DNA from: Lama glama
Taxonomy: Eukaryota
DNA length: 64,000 nt
Assembly: GCA_028534125.1 (NCBI GenBank)
Contig: CM052816.1
Location: 90,460,001 to 90,524,000, forward strand
Direction: 5' to 3'
Shown here: piece after piece, positions 35,291 to 47,567 of the stretch
How the letters are laid out: the number at the start of each line of letters is the position of its first letter
Numbering within the stretch: position 1 is the first letter of the stretch
The notes under the pieces: generated by a model
Database searches by the model: none
Told to the model about the DNA's origin: nothing
The model's input: only the letters and a program-made list of their open reading frames with translations
Program-made: the position numbers and the translations under genes

Positions 35291-36964
35291 CACACACACA
35301 AATCTGTTACCTTGATGTTTGGTTAGCTCTGGAATAAAGCCCCTCCTCCACGAAAGGGTTTAATTCTGCCTGTCAAGGAGGAAATAGCACGAACAGTGTA
35401 TGATGTTGGCATACTGGTAGTATGTTTTAATTTTTTGGCGGAGAAAATGATTCTTGTTATGAAATAAGAATATCACGTTTCATTCACACGATGATTATAT
35501 TTTAGGGATAAGAGGGGGCTTTAGAAACAGTTGAGCCAGTTTATACATGAGATCTGATTTAATTTAAACAGGCTTTCTCCCGTACCTCTTAACCCTCATA
35601 TATTCTAAAGAGAGCTTCCTGATTCTTCTTTCCAGAACTTTCGCCCAGAAACTGGACATCTGGGTGATAGTTTTGATGGTTGTCCAAATAGATTGCCCAG
35701 AAGAATTCCAGGATCACACTTACTTTGGCACAATTGTAGCAGAGAATCTTGTATGCTTTTGACATCCAGTGGGTGGTTCTGAGCCTCCCCTAAATTCCAA
35801 GAAATGATCCTGCCTCACAGAACCCCCCAAACTGTGCACTTTTATTGAAATAAACTCAGTTTACCCTTGTCCTGTGTAGAGAATGTTCATGACAATGTCC
35901 CCTCTCTGTGCTTCCCTTCAATTAAAATCCACCCTATATAATCTGTGTCTCCATTGCTCTAAGTACAGCTCATTTTAGCTTAAGTGCTGCATTTTGCAAT
36001 AGCCCAGAGTGTGTATGTTTTGAGTTCTTTGGTCTTCTAAAGTCGGCTGTGGGATTTTTTTCAGAGTTCAGCAACCTGATTCAAATTGCCTAGAAAGCTT
36101 TGAAGAGCGGCTCACTTCCAAGGCTCACCAACACCAGGTAGGTTCAATCTCTGTAACGAACACCGGAAAGCCCGTTTTCGCTTTTTTCTTTTTTTTTTTC
36201 TTTTTTTTTTTGGCACAGGATAACTGGAACAATCAGAACATGTATTTAGTTGGTATCGCATCAGAACAGATTTGCTTTCTAAACCTAGAAAAAAAATAGA
36301 AATATCACACTCATATACTTGAAAGCTAAAGCATGTATTCATTCCCTATATTAGATAGGTTTATCCATCTTTATGGTGAGCCCAGGACATCTATTCATGG
36401 AAAATTAAGTCTAAGGGCAAAAACAAGTCATTACAAAAATCTGTACCCAGTACGCATCTGTTTACTTGTCTGTTTTCGCCTAATACAGTGGCTTAGTTTT
36501 GAACTTCCCTCTTTTTCCGTCATACTCTCACACTTCCCTTGGGATTTTTGGGTAGTTTACAAAATATTGAGTACTTCCTAGGTACTAGGTGCCAGATGCT
36601 AGGTGTGCACACAGTGGCAAACAGGCTTTTGGACTTATTATACAGCATAAGCTCCATGAGAGGAGGGACTTGCTTTGTTCATCACTGTGTCTTCAGCACC
36701 CCAGGGGTGAAGTGCTACCCGGAGCCCAAAGACTCAGCCCCATCTTTCCCGGGAGTCGTTGTGGGTTGGAGAGCAGCCTAGTCAGATAGCTCAACAATCG
36801 TAGCTAACACAGGGGTTAAGGCTGATTGTATTGACAGGCTGTGCTCATATCTGTACATATTTTTATCTGTACAGATAAGTCGACGATACATTGATATCTG
36901 TCTGTCTAGTTAGATATATACATACATGTGTGTACATCCGTATCCACCTATCTGTACGTATACA

Positions 36965-37624
36965 CAACTCATCCTCATGATTTGTAGTCCTTATATTCTA
37001 TAAAGGCACCACAAACACTAAACTAGCAAGTAATGAGCCATTGCTTTTACGGATAACACAGGGTTAGTTTCCTGCAACCATCCAGTCACAACGTATTCGT
37101 TACCAGATCAATACATAATCTTGTTTCTATTTAAAGGCAACTTATTTAATATATGTTGGCGATTCATTAATATTCGTCACACAGCCAGTGGCACCATCAC
37201 TCATGGTTAAACAAAGCTTACCTACACACCTGTTTTCTCCTTAAGGCACATCACAGCCGTACTTGTACTTAGGAACTTGTACTTAGGAACGCCGGATAGG
37301 AAGGACGTCAGCCCTGCATTGTGGGCCATTATAGACAGTGAACTCACCAACAAAAGAGCACAAAAATGTGAAAAAGCATGGCATTAAATATCTTGAGAAA
37401 AGGGCACTTCTTTACATTATAAAAGCTGAGACTAGCAGGCGGAGCACGGCCTCATTCATGCTCACTGGGAACTTGGACATCAGTGGATTCTAATCTGTTG
37501 CCACCTTGTGCATGACCACAGATGGCCCCAGAGGGCCGCACGTGCCGGTTTGGGCATTACATGTCAAGTTTAGCAAGTAGGCAAATTCACAAACAAAGAT
37601 GCTGCAAATGATGTGGATTAACTC
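36965..37624. mobile_element. TcMar-Tigger MER82-like element, near full length
   Basis: TTCTATAAAG...ACAGGGTTAGTTTCCTGC...GATCAATACATAATCTTG...AAGGCACATCACAGCC...TTTAGCAAGTAGGCAAATTCACAAA; degenerate terminal inverted repeats; TA-rich flanks. Confidence 0.85.
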
Positions 37625-37940
37625 TATATGTATATATACACATACCTTCACATATATGTGTATATAGACACATACATACACGTACACATATATGTGTATA
37701 TATGTGCATGTTCGTGTATATGCAGAGAGAGAGACTGTGTTATGACCACAATAGCCATCTATAGCAGATAATAACCCTGTCTTTATTTTATACGTTACAA
37801 AAACTGAGAGACAAAAAAAATTAAGTAGCTGACTGATAAATTATTTGAACCCAGGGATTCAAACTCCAGATCCTGTCTTCTTGATACCCAACAATTGTTT
37901 GTTATTAGTTTTTGTTTTGTTTTTCCCCCATTTTGATATA

Positions 37941-38145
37941 TTTTTATTGAGATAGAGCATAAAGCACAAAAATGCACATTTCATAAGTATACTTGATGAA
38001 TTTTTATAAAATGAAGAAGCCCATGCAACCAGCACTGAGTTTAAGAAACAGATCTGATACCTTTGAAGTTCCTTGGGACCTCTTCCACTCACCAATCCCC
38101 ACCTCCCACCCCAAGAGCAAACGAGTTGTGACTTCTTAGCATTAG
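37941..38145 (-). mobile_element. Ancient L1ME-like 3' end
   Basis: TTTTTATTGAGATA...TTGATGAATTTTT...CCCATGCAACCAGCAC...AAGAAACAGA. Confidence 0.65.
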
Positions 38146-38179
38146 CTACAATTTAAAATGCATAAAACGTGATTCACGC

Positions 38180-38657
38180 CACCTAGATCTTGGTGTCTAA
38201 TACCATTCTCCAATAAAAAGAACCAGGACTTCTTGGAGAAGTGTCTGATTCTAGGACTAAAGCAGGAAATAGTCAAGATGAGCCTGGAGCATCTTGTAGT
38301 GCCAAAAAGTAAAAATGTACTCAAAAAAAAAAAAAAAACCCAGAATGATGGGCGTATCAAAAGGACACAAGAGTCAACTGAGCGAGTTCCCAGTGGCCAA
38401 AGTTTGAACAATTTGAACAAGAAAATAAATAAAATCTATTGGATTATAACCCAAAGTGTGAAATAAATACCCATGAGTTCATACTGATATAAATACATGA
38501 CTGAATAAATAAATGAATGGGGGAGAACAGACACAGCTCTCGGGCGGAAGCATCCCAAACAGTTCATGTAGATAATCAGCCCTCAAGAAGGTGGAGAATA
38601 ACTCTCCACTCCTTAAGTGTGGGCTACGCACAACTGCTTCCTTCCACAGAGCGCAGT
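38180..38657 (+). mobile_element. L1MD-like 3'UTR fragment
   Basis: ACCTAGATCTTGGTGTCTAATACCATTCTCCAATAAAAAGAACCAGG...CAAGATGAGCCTGGAGCATCTTGTAGTGCCA...CCACTCCTTAAGTGTGGGCT. Confidence 0.85.
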
Positions 38658-38717
38658 CCTCCAAGGTTGCCCCAGCCCTGAAGGCAGTCTGATCTCCACT
38701 GGTCCGCTCTTCAGTGA

Positions 38718-39120
38718 CTTCCCCATGCACAAGAGATAGCCTGGTATGCTGGAAATGCATGAGACTAAGGTTTAAGAGACCTTGAATAATTGTCTTAATT
38801 CCAGCACATGCTGATGGGCAAGTCACAAAACCTCGAGTCCTCAGATTCCTCTTTGCAAAATCAAGGAGAGAGTCCCCTTTCATCCTCATAAGTTTGTCAA
38901 ATTGTGGCTACATACACAGGCTCTCTAAATGAGGCACAGATCCCAACACTGCCGCTTCCTATCTGTAGGATCCTGAACAAGCTGCTGGACCTCCAAAATG
39001 GGGATAACTGTACTGCCTGCATCTTTGAGCCTTTATGAGGATTAAATGACAAAATACATACAAAGTATGTAGCATGTGACATTGAAAATAGACAATACAT
39101 GCTACAGATTAATAATAATG
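38718..39120 (+). mobile_element. MIR fragments
   Basis: GGGCAAGTCACAAAACCTC...CCTCAGATTCCTC and AAAATGGGGATAA...GAGGATTAAATGA. Confidence 0.65.
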
Positions 39121-40456
39121 ACAACAATAACATGCCTTCCCTTGGAAATAGAGTGTATCCCTGGCTGACAACACACCTCTCTCAGACAGGTCTTGGTTGA
39201 ACAGCAAAAAGATCTCCTTCTCTGGATTTCTTCTGTTTAAGCTTTTATGGCTTCTCAGACCCTCATCTGTTGCACACACTCTTCCTTAAACACAGTGGTA
39301 CATTTAATTGACCAAGAGTTGAGTTCCACTCGCTTAGGAGTCACTTTGCCCTTAATTAGTATCTTTGCAGACCTCGACTCAGCTCCCTTATAACTCGATT
39401 TTACAAATAACTCAGGGGGCCTTCACATTTTTCCTAAAGCCTCACTCTTAAGAGACTCATCATCCCCGTTTTGGCCATCTGCTCTGACTGGAAAATCTCA
39501 GCGGTTTCTTTGAGTACATGAGTAATCCTATGGTTAGAAACATACCAAATATCTACATACAGATCTTTAACACTTGATGTCTCAAAAGAGATAATCAACT
39601 GAAGGAGAATGATATATGAGGCTGTTACCACTGCAAATTGAAAAAAAACTGTTAAGCACACTCATTTTTTTTAGAGACAAAGTCAGGCAGAAATGTAATA
39701 TCTCATTATGGGCCTTTATTCACTATGTAATTTCTATATATACATCATATATCCTAGAAAAAAATTGTGATTAAAATGACACTAAATTCATATGTACTTC
39801 ACTTTTACACTAAAATGTTTCCTTATTCAAGAACCGAAGTAAGCTATTGCCCCTCTGCAGCTGAGACACAAGCCACTTGGGCCGGCGATCCTGATTATAA
39901 TCCTTTAGCCTCCATCTTCTCTCTCAGATGAATGCTTGCACACCAAATTTTCATCACCTGTGTGATTTTACAAACTTCACAAATGATTCTGTTTTCTTAT
40001 TAGTCATCATTATTAAAAGTTTACAACGCACACAAAAAAATTTCAACACCTATGTAACAACCACTAGTAAAAAAAAAAATTGGAATGCTGGTAATAAATG
40101 GAGCCCCACGCCACGCGCCCCGCCCCACTCCACAAGACTGTGAAATATGCAGAGAGGTTTATATAAATTACCTCTTATAAAGACCAGTAACTTGCCGAAG
40201 TCATAATGTGGTAAAAGACCATTTGATGACAAGGAAATAAAGGATGATAGAGAAAAACTCATTCCCAGAACGTGGTAGACACAAGCAGAGTGAGTCCAGA
40301 TGCTTATGAGAGAAATAAGGCTTCAAATAAGAGTCTGCATAGTGGATAATATATGTTACTACTTCACAGTTTGTGTATTTATTTCCCAAATTATGACTAT
40401 AGGGAAAGAGCCAGGCCAAGAAAACACTGGGCTTTCAGTCTAAAAACCTGGGTTTT

Positions 40457-40708
40457 CCCCAGAGAATGCACAACATCAAGAGTGAACCCTAATGTAAACT
40501 ATGGACTTTGGTTGATAATAATGTGCCAATGTGGTTCATCGATTCCACCAAATATGCCACACTGGTGAGGGATGTTGAGGGCAGGGGAGTGTATATGTGC
40601 GGGAGGGGAAGGCAATGTGCGAACTCTCTATTTTCTGCTCAATTCTGCTGTGGACCTTAACTGCTCTAAAAGAATGAAGTCTATTTTAAAAATAAAAATA
40701 AAAAAATT
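40457..40708 (+). mobile_element. L1MC1/L1MC2-like 3' end inserted in a MIR
   Basis: CAAGAGTGAACCCTAATGTAAACTATGGACTTTGG...; perfect 14-bp TSD AAAACCTGGGTTTT at 40443-40456 and 40709-40722. Confidence 0.88.
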
Positions 40709-40784
40709 AAAACCTGGGTTTTAATATCTGCTATTACTTCCTACCTACATGTGAGATTGGGAGAGTCAGGAAAATGTTGCAATG

Positions 40785-41215
40785 AATCAGTTAGCATCAG
40801 CTGCCAAAAGAGCCTGAGCAAGGCAGAGATTCTGTTATCTCACATATGATGAAACCTGAGGTAAGTGGTCCCAAATTTGATGAGGTAACAGTGATGTCAT
40901 CAGAGAGGTAGGTTTTCTTCCTTATCCTTTTTATCTTTTTTCCATCTTCTCTCATCCCAGATATGATGTATTTTTATTCTTAGTTTTTTTTTGTCTCATG
41001 CCCAATCAAGACAGCTGCCGTAAGTCCAACCATCACTTTCTCACGTCACCACGTTCAGAGCAGGAAGATAGAGAAGGGGTAGAAACAGAGAGCTCTCCTC
41101 TGGCAGTTGACCTTTTCATGGAAAAGCAAAATCTTTCCCAGAAGCTCCAAAGTGGCATTCCCCTTATATCTCATTGGCCAGAACACATGGTTCTGTCACA
41201 TGGGACCCAACAGCT
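40785..41215 (-). mobile_element. Old MaLR LTR (MLT1J/K/L-like)
   Basis: AAAATCTTTCCCAGAAGCTCC...TCTCATTGGCCAGAAC...GTCACATGG. Confidence 0.65.
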
Positions 41216-41230
41216 CAGGTAATCATTTTT

Positions 41231-41285
41231 CTTCCTTTTTTTTAAATTGAAGTATAGTTGATTTACAATGTTGTGCCAGTTTCTG
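41231..41285 (-). mobile_element. Ultra-short LINE-1 3' tip
   Basis: TTTTTTTAAATTGAAGTATAGTTGATTTACAATGTTGTGCCAGTTTCTG; TSD GGTAATCAT(T/G)TTT at 41218-41230 and 41286-41298. Confidence 0.85.
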
Positions 41286-42469
41286 GGTAATCATGTTTCA
41301 ATTCTCAATAATTTTCATAGAAGAGGATATGATTCAGTTGCTTGATATTCAAATAACAGTACTTATCAAGAATATATCTTGTCATTAATGTAACCTTGTG
41401 TTAGTTTGTGTCTATACATGTATACACACAGTTACATGTTTTGATCATAAAATAATTGAGATACTTGTGCCCTTTTTGCAGCTCAGTGAAACAAAGTAGA
41501 TATAATTGAAGAAAGATTTCTACCTTCTCAAGGAAACAAAACAAAATGAGACTATTTAAGATACTTTAAAAATTAATTTGCCAATATAAAATTGCTCTTA
41601 AATATTCCTTACACTTTGTACATGTGCTTAGAAATAATAAAACTACACATGTGGTAATCACAGTTTTAGTCATACTGGTCTTCAAAGAATTTGCAACAAT
41701 CATTGAGGTTTTACTACACTTGTAATTTTTTAGCTTCACTTTTTAGATGTTACTTTTGTTAGTTATCTTTAAAATAATTTGTTAGAGGAAATATGTAACC
41801 TTGTAAAAAAGCAATTTGGGATGTAATCTGAACTTTTTCTCATTCCACCTCAGATTGTTCATTTCTACGGAAGAAATTAATGCAAATTATCCAAAAAAAA
41901 ATAGAAAGCTAATATGCTCAATTTCTACTGGGAATGAGGAAAATTCCCTTCCTCTCATAAAAGGGAAAAGTTATACACTTCTGCCAGGAGACATGGGAGT
42001 ATTTAATAACCACACAGAGACCGGCCTAAATAATGACTCCAGGCCATTTGTAAAGAAATATGAGACCCTTAAAGAGAAAACAGGAAGAAGGGCAAAGGCA
42101 GATCTTTGGTTGTGTCAAACAGCTAAGAAATATGTGAGACGGAAACTCAACAACTAAACAAAGTAATTTGAGGACTCTGAAAGCCGTATTGCTTAGGGAG
42201 CAAAGATTAAGCTTCTAAAACACGTGACAAATTCTAAGAATTCAAGGGTAAAAAGTAAACGCGAGTTAGATTAAGCAGCAGTTGATGATGGTTAAGGATT
42301 AACAATCACACATAGATACTCATTCATTTACACCCTGCACTACACAGTCATCATTTAAGATGATGCTCTATAATGTTGCCATGAAGAGTTGTTTACATTT
42401 TGGGTGGTTTTTAAAGGAAATATATAAATTAAGCATCAAAAGAGAAAAAAATCTTACTAACACTCCACA

Positions 42470-42600
42470 TCTATTGGAACATGAGCTCCATGAAAAGAGG
42501 GACAGTTTCCAATTTGTTCCTTTTTGTACCTCCAGCATGTAACACAAAACAGCACTCAGTAAATGTTGGTGAGATGAGCAAACCATGAAATCATGAATAG
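42470..42600 (+). mobile_element. LINE-2 3' end
   Basis: GAACATGAGCTCCATGAAAAGAGGGAC...GCACTCAGTAAATGTTGGTGA. Confidence 0.7.
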
Positions 42601-43129
42601 AAAAGAGTAGTTCCCTTCAATGTAAATTGACGGAAAGCAATTTCCGGTGCTCAGATTAGAGGTATATTAACATGTAAAGGACACTGCAAATATCTCAGAG
42701 ATTCAGGAAAAGTACAAAAAGATGTTGAGTCATCAAGGATCTGTTTCTCCAGAGAACAGTCCTAGCTCTTTATGCGACATTTGGTACCCTTTTACCAAGC
42801 AACTACTTACCCGAGACTTTCAGAATCATTTAGGTGAAAAATTCATAGACTCTCTTCCCTTAAACTTTTGACATCACTCAACCCTTTCTCAGGAGAAGAC
42901 AGCTTGGCCTCCCACCCACTTCCGTGTTCACAGAACCTCAGGAGAAAGGAGACTTTGCTGCTTTCCCATTGCTCCTACAAACCAGAGCTCCACTGCCTGG
43001 AAGTAAAAACACCAGTGTTCAAGCTTTTGTTATCTGGCTCTAGCAAGCTCTTCTGTCAGACTCCCTGACATCTGTTGGGAATTTGGGTAGTTATCTGCCA
43101 GTTTTTCTTCTCTACCTTTTTCCCTAAAA

Positions 43130-43710
43130 ACACATTGTATGACATTCGTGTCTTAAGGTAGATGATTGATCTTATACTCTGGTTCTTAATATTCTTGGTC
43201 TCCTCGATGGCAAAGACTTCCCTCTAAACCCACTTAGCTACCCCATTTCATGACAAATACAGGGCTTTATCCTTTCTCTGAAACCTTTCATTGAACTTGG
43301 ACTTCTATTACCACAGACTCCAATTCTTCATGTCAACTCCATGCCTAAACGTCTTCACAAATTTGCCCTCGATTTTAAAATCTAGTTTAAACTCTCACCT
43401 TGGTTCATCGAGCCCTCTAAAGAATTCATCTACTGCCCACTTGTCTCACTTCCTTTCTTATCACGTACAAACGGGACTTCTTTACAGACATCCTGAAAGA
43501 CGTGTTTCTCCATTGTGGCTCCAACCTTCTCATGTGGTGTGTCTCCTGCCCTGCTCTCCGTCCTTTGGTTTACTCCTGCCCACTTCCTCAAAACAGGTCT
43601 TAAAGTATCTATTCCTGTTGAAAGCCTTTCCGTGCCCCACCTGCCAGGTCTAGTTTATTTGCTCTTCCTCCTGGTTCCCAGAACATTCTTTGTATAACCC
43701 AGCATACACT
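43130..43710 (+). mobile_element. Degenerate LINE-2 fragments
   Basis: Pyrimidine-rich L2-like motifs (ACTCCTGCCCACTTCCTCAAAACAGG...AAGCCTTTCC...CTCTTCCTCCTGGTTCCCAGAACA). Confidence 0.5.
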
Positions 43711-44454
43711 GCCTCAGGCAGGGAGCTCACATTTGCAACTGGGCCACCTAAGACACGATTAGGAAGATGGTAGCTAGTTCAAGCCTGGAAGATGCTTTCC
43801 GCAAAATATCAAGACCTGACACTAGGAAAACTGAGAAATATCAGTAGTTCCAAGTTTAAACTTTTTCTATTATAGCTTTATGTTGGTCTGCTAATACTTT
43901 TGGGTATTAATATTCACTCCCAGTTAGTGCCTTCAGTTTATTCTCTGATTGAAGATCACACTGCATTGCATGGTCATGACGGTATTTGAAGAGTTGAAGG
44001 AAGGCTGATTAAATGAGAGTAGGCTTTCAAATTGAAAGAGAGAAGGGAAAATGGGGGAAAGTAAGTATTCCAATAAGCTTTTAAAAAATCAACAAAGATA
44101 ATTATTTCTGCAAAATGTGAAGAGCCTCACCACTTAGTTAAATTTTTAGTTATCAGCTGAATTATTTAAACCAAGAAATTTGAGCTTGGTTCTATTTTCA
44201 TACAAGAAGCAAACCAGCAAAATAGGTCTTTAGAATTATCACAAATAATAAAAGAAAAAAAGAATGTATTAATCTCATCCAATCCACTCATTACTATAAT
44301 GTCATTAAGTAGATATCACACACATATATGGGTGATTACTGTCATGTAAGCATTTGTAGTTTAAAATAAAATTAGAACTACTACATACAACACTCAGCAT
44401 GTTGTATACTGGGTCTTTCTCTGTATACCCGGTCTTTAAAATCACCACCAGCAC

Positions 44455-44590
44455 CCTGGTGGTCAAAAGATTAGAGTTGAAACTCAATCCATGCCATTAA
44501 CTATGGAATCCTAGGTTAGTAAATTAACCACTCTGGGTCTCCATTCCCTCATTTGTAAACTGAGAAGAGACTAGATGAGTGATTTTTCAA
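44455..44590 (+). mobile_element. MIR/MIR3 SINE
   Basis: TTAACCACTCTGGGTCTCCATTCCCTCATTTGTAAACTGAG core. Confidence 0.65.
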
Positions 44591-47145
44591 ACATTTTATT
44601 AATGGACAGAACTCCCTTCTTCTCCCCAAAGGAAATTTTCCTGAGAATCCTACTAGAGAAAATCTAAAACGTAACAGCTCTGATGAAGGCACCATGAAGA
44701 TTTGGTCTCTCCCTTCTGCCTCCAAGCATACCCCATAGGTCTGGGACAGAGTGCTGGAAAACTCGTACCACAAGTGACCCTTTGGGTCTTTTGCAACAAC
44801 TCCAGCAGGTCCTTGGGTGGTCTGGTGAGTAATAATGAAACCAAGGTAGGTCTGCTAAGCTGAGTGCTCACCTCAGCCCAGGTGAAAAATAACACATTTC
44901 TTCCACTAACTCAGAAAGTAGAAGGGGAAATTTGCCCAGAAGTGGCCTAGGAAGAATCTGTCCCCACCTCCCTGATGATGACGTTGAGCCCTTGACCGGC
45001 GTTTCCAGCTGCTTACCTGTCTTGCTCCTCACCCAGTTTCTCCAAAATCACCCCCTGCTGGATCTGTCCCCTGAGCTCACTTGACCTCACCTTCCTCCAC
45101 CCCATGGCTCTCAACACCTGCAGCAGGCAGCTCTGATTCAAGAAACCTAGGTTACTCTCACTGGGAAACTCAGATTCCTCAAAGACAATGGAAGGAGCAT
45201 GACAATTTTATGACCCCAAATCTCTTCATCCCCTCCCGGGTCTTACTCAATTAAAATGACTCAGGGCTTTGCTTTATCTTTCACCCACATTCAAAGATGC
45301 AATGCAGATAATACTTAATTCTCTTCACTCAAATCCTAAGACAAAGTGAGAAGGTGCTTTCAAAATTAAATTTGGCTCATTTTAACTCTTTGGGGAAAAA
45401 AAGAGAGAAAAATCTCATTTGGTTTCTTCTATAACTTGTTTCAAAATTTGCCAAGGACTCACCACAGAACTACTGCGGTGAAAAAAAATCTATTCACCCA
45501 CAAAATTTCCAGTTTTCAGCACCCACAGCCCAGTCAGCAGTTGGTGCTACACGGATCACCCTGGGATTCACTTGTAAAACCCTCAAACGCAAAAAAAAAA
45601 ACTTTCAGAGAGCAAATATGGAGTTCCCTTCAAGCTCAAGGAATTATAATTCTCGTGCCTTTATCTGTCCACTGTCTAAATGTTTACCTGTCCCTTCAAC
45701 ATTATGCACATCCCAGACATTGTCTTACAGGCCTGTATTTAAAAAGTGAGAAGACAAAGAAAGCATTCCAGTGGCCTCCTGGGTGATCGCCATCCAGCCT
45801 GACTGCAACGACCTTGATCTCCTCCAACCTTCCCTTCCTGCGCCTTCAAAAACCTCTTCTGGGGCTCAGCAGTCGCTCCTTCCACAGGGTCAAGAGATGA
45901 GGGGATGTTGAACTCCAGATCCTGGACTTCCGGTTCTAATGAGGTTTGTTGGGGCTCATTTAGTCAGTAAACAACAGGTAGGGAGTTCTGCCGAGCTGCT
46001 GCTTGCTGGGATGATGAAGTAACAGACTCTTACTCACCGACTTCCCCTTGCTAAAGTGCTAGCTCACCGCAGGATTCATGCTGTGCCCCGTGGGAATGGA
46101 GGAAAGGGTTGTTTTTCAATAATACATGAGCCCAGAAAGCCCTAGAAATGAATGTTTAAAGGCAACTGGAAATGAGGAATGGGAAAGAGCAGGCTGTCAC
46201 ATAAGTGATGAGGGTGTCAGATAAAAGAGCCTTCTTGGAACTTACGTATATTCTGCTAAGAATTTCATTACGCAAACTGACTTCTCTCCTGTGAACATGC
46301 CTACTTTCTGGGTGGATTTCATACTTAGAAATCCTGAAACAGGAAGAGTAGCAAATATAGCCCTTTCTGTAAACAGGCAAGGAGAGGAAAATTTAAAAAT
46401 GAAACAGGAGAACATTGATCAAATGAGTGAGTGTGTGTGTGTGTTTTATCGCTTCTTTGTTTCTACTCCTTCATTCTTCAATATTTATTTCTCACAAATT
46501 GCCCCCACTGCATTGGTAAGCATTTCAAGGCAATGATCTTTTTTCCTGAAAATTTAATTGCCAATCTTTTTATCTCAGTAGTAGAGGACAACATAATTTC
46601 CACATCAATTTTTCAACATTTCAGGAAATAAATGGCTCTAGAGAACACTTTCACAGATCACTGAATTTAATGCTTTCACGCCAACTTTCACTCTTAAATT
46701 AAATGCCTTGCTTATTATAAACTTCCTTTCCTTCTTTAGTAAAATATACAAGCAGAATTTAAACATTTCCTGATAGCTAAAGATCATAATTAGGAGGAAA
46801 TATTTTACCACGGTGTGTAGGATGGTGAGTTTGTCCACAGCAAACAGTTCAGGTTTTCCTCCATCCAGACCTGGCAACAGTCATCCACTCTCCCAGCCGG
46901 TCATTCACTGACAGCCTGGGTAAACTGTCTCTGTTTTGGGCCAGTCACCGCTTCTCTACCTTTCCACCAGGCTATGCTTCCCTTATTTAACTTTCTTTTG
47001 TATTGCTTGATTTTGCTCTATGTCTGCCCTGTCCTCTCGGCTTCTTCCCCAGCTCTTCTCTTCTTTCGGAGCTCCCAAGCCGGCTGCAGCAGACAGGCGT
47101 GCTGCCCGGCTCCGCTCTAAGTGACAATTTCACCACATTAAGGTA

Positions 47146-47567
47146 CAGGCGTTTCCGAAAGTTCGCTTTGTATCACTTTGTGCTCTTAGGAAAGACCTAC
47201 AGTAGTACCTGTTTTTACTCACCTAAAGAAATCCGAAGAGGATTTTTGATTTTACAAAAAAAGGCAAAACGTGAAAATAGTGTTCAGTGTTAGTTTCACA
47301 GTGAGCAGTGACAGAGGCAGCTCGGACCCTGAGCAGGGAGAGGGGGCCCCCGTGCCAAGCTCCTTCCCCTAGAATCACACTCAGCACCTCAACACCAAGC
47401 CGCCACAGGTTTGCGCTGTGTTTGTGAGCATCTGTGCTTCGTCTTGATTTATCTTGTGTATCCATTAGCACGATGTGTCCTAAGGTAATTGCTTCTTCAC
47501 TTTATGACATTTCAGTTTATGACAAGCTTTGTAGGAACCCCTGCTTTCAGACTGCGAGGAAAACCTG
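47146..47567. mobile_element. Non-autonomous TcMar-Tigger-type DNA transposon (laurasiatherian/artiodactyl type; family uncertain)
   Basis: TA|CAGG...CCTG|TA termini with TA duplication at 47144-47145 and 47568-47569; internal GATGTGTCCTAAGGTAATTGCTTCTTC and AAAGAAATCCGAAGAGGATTTT motifs recalled from this family. Confidence 0.8.
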
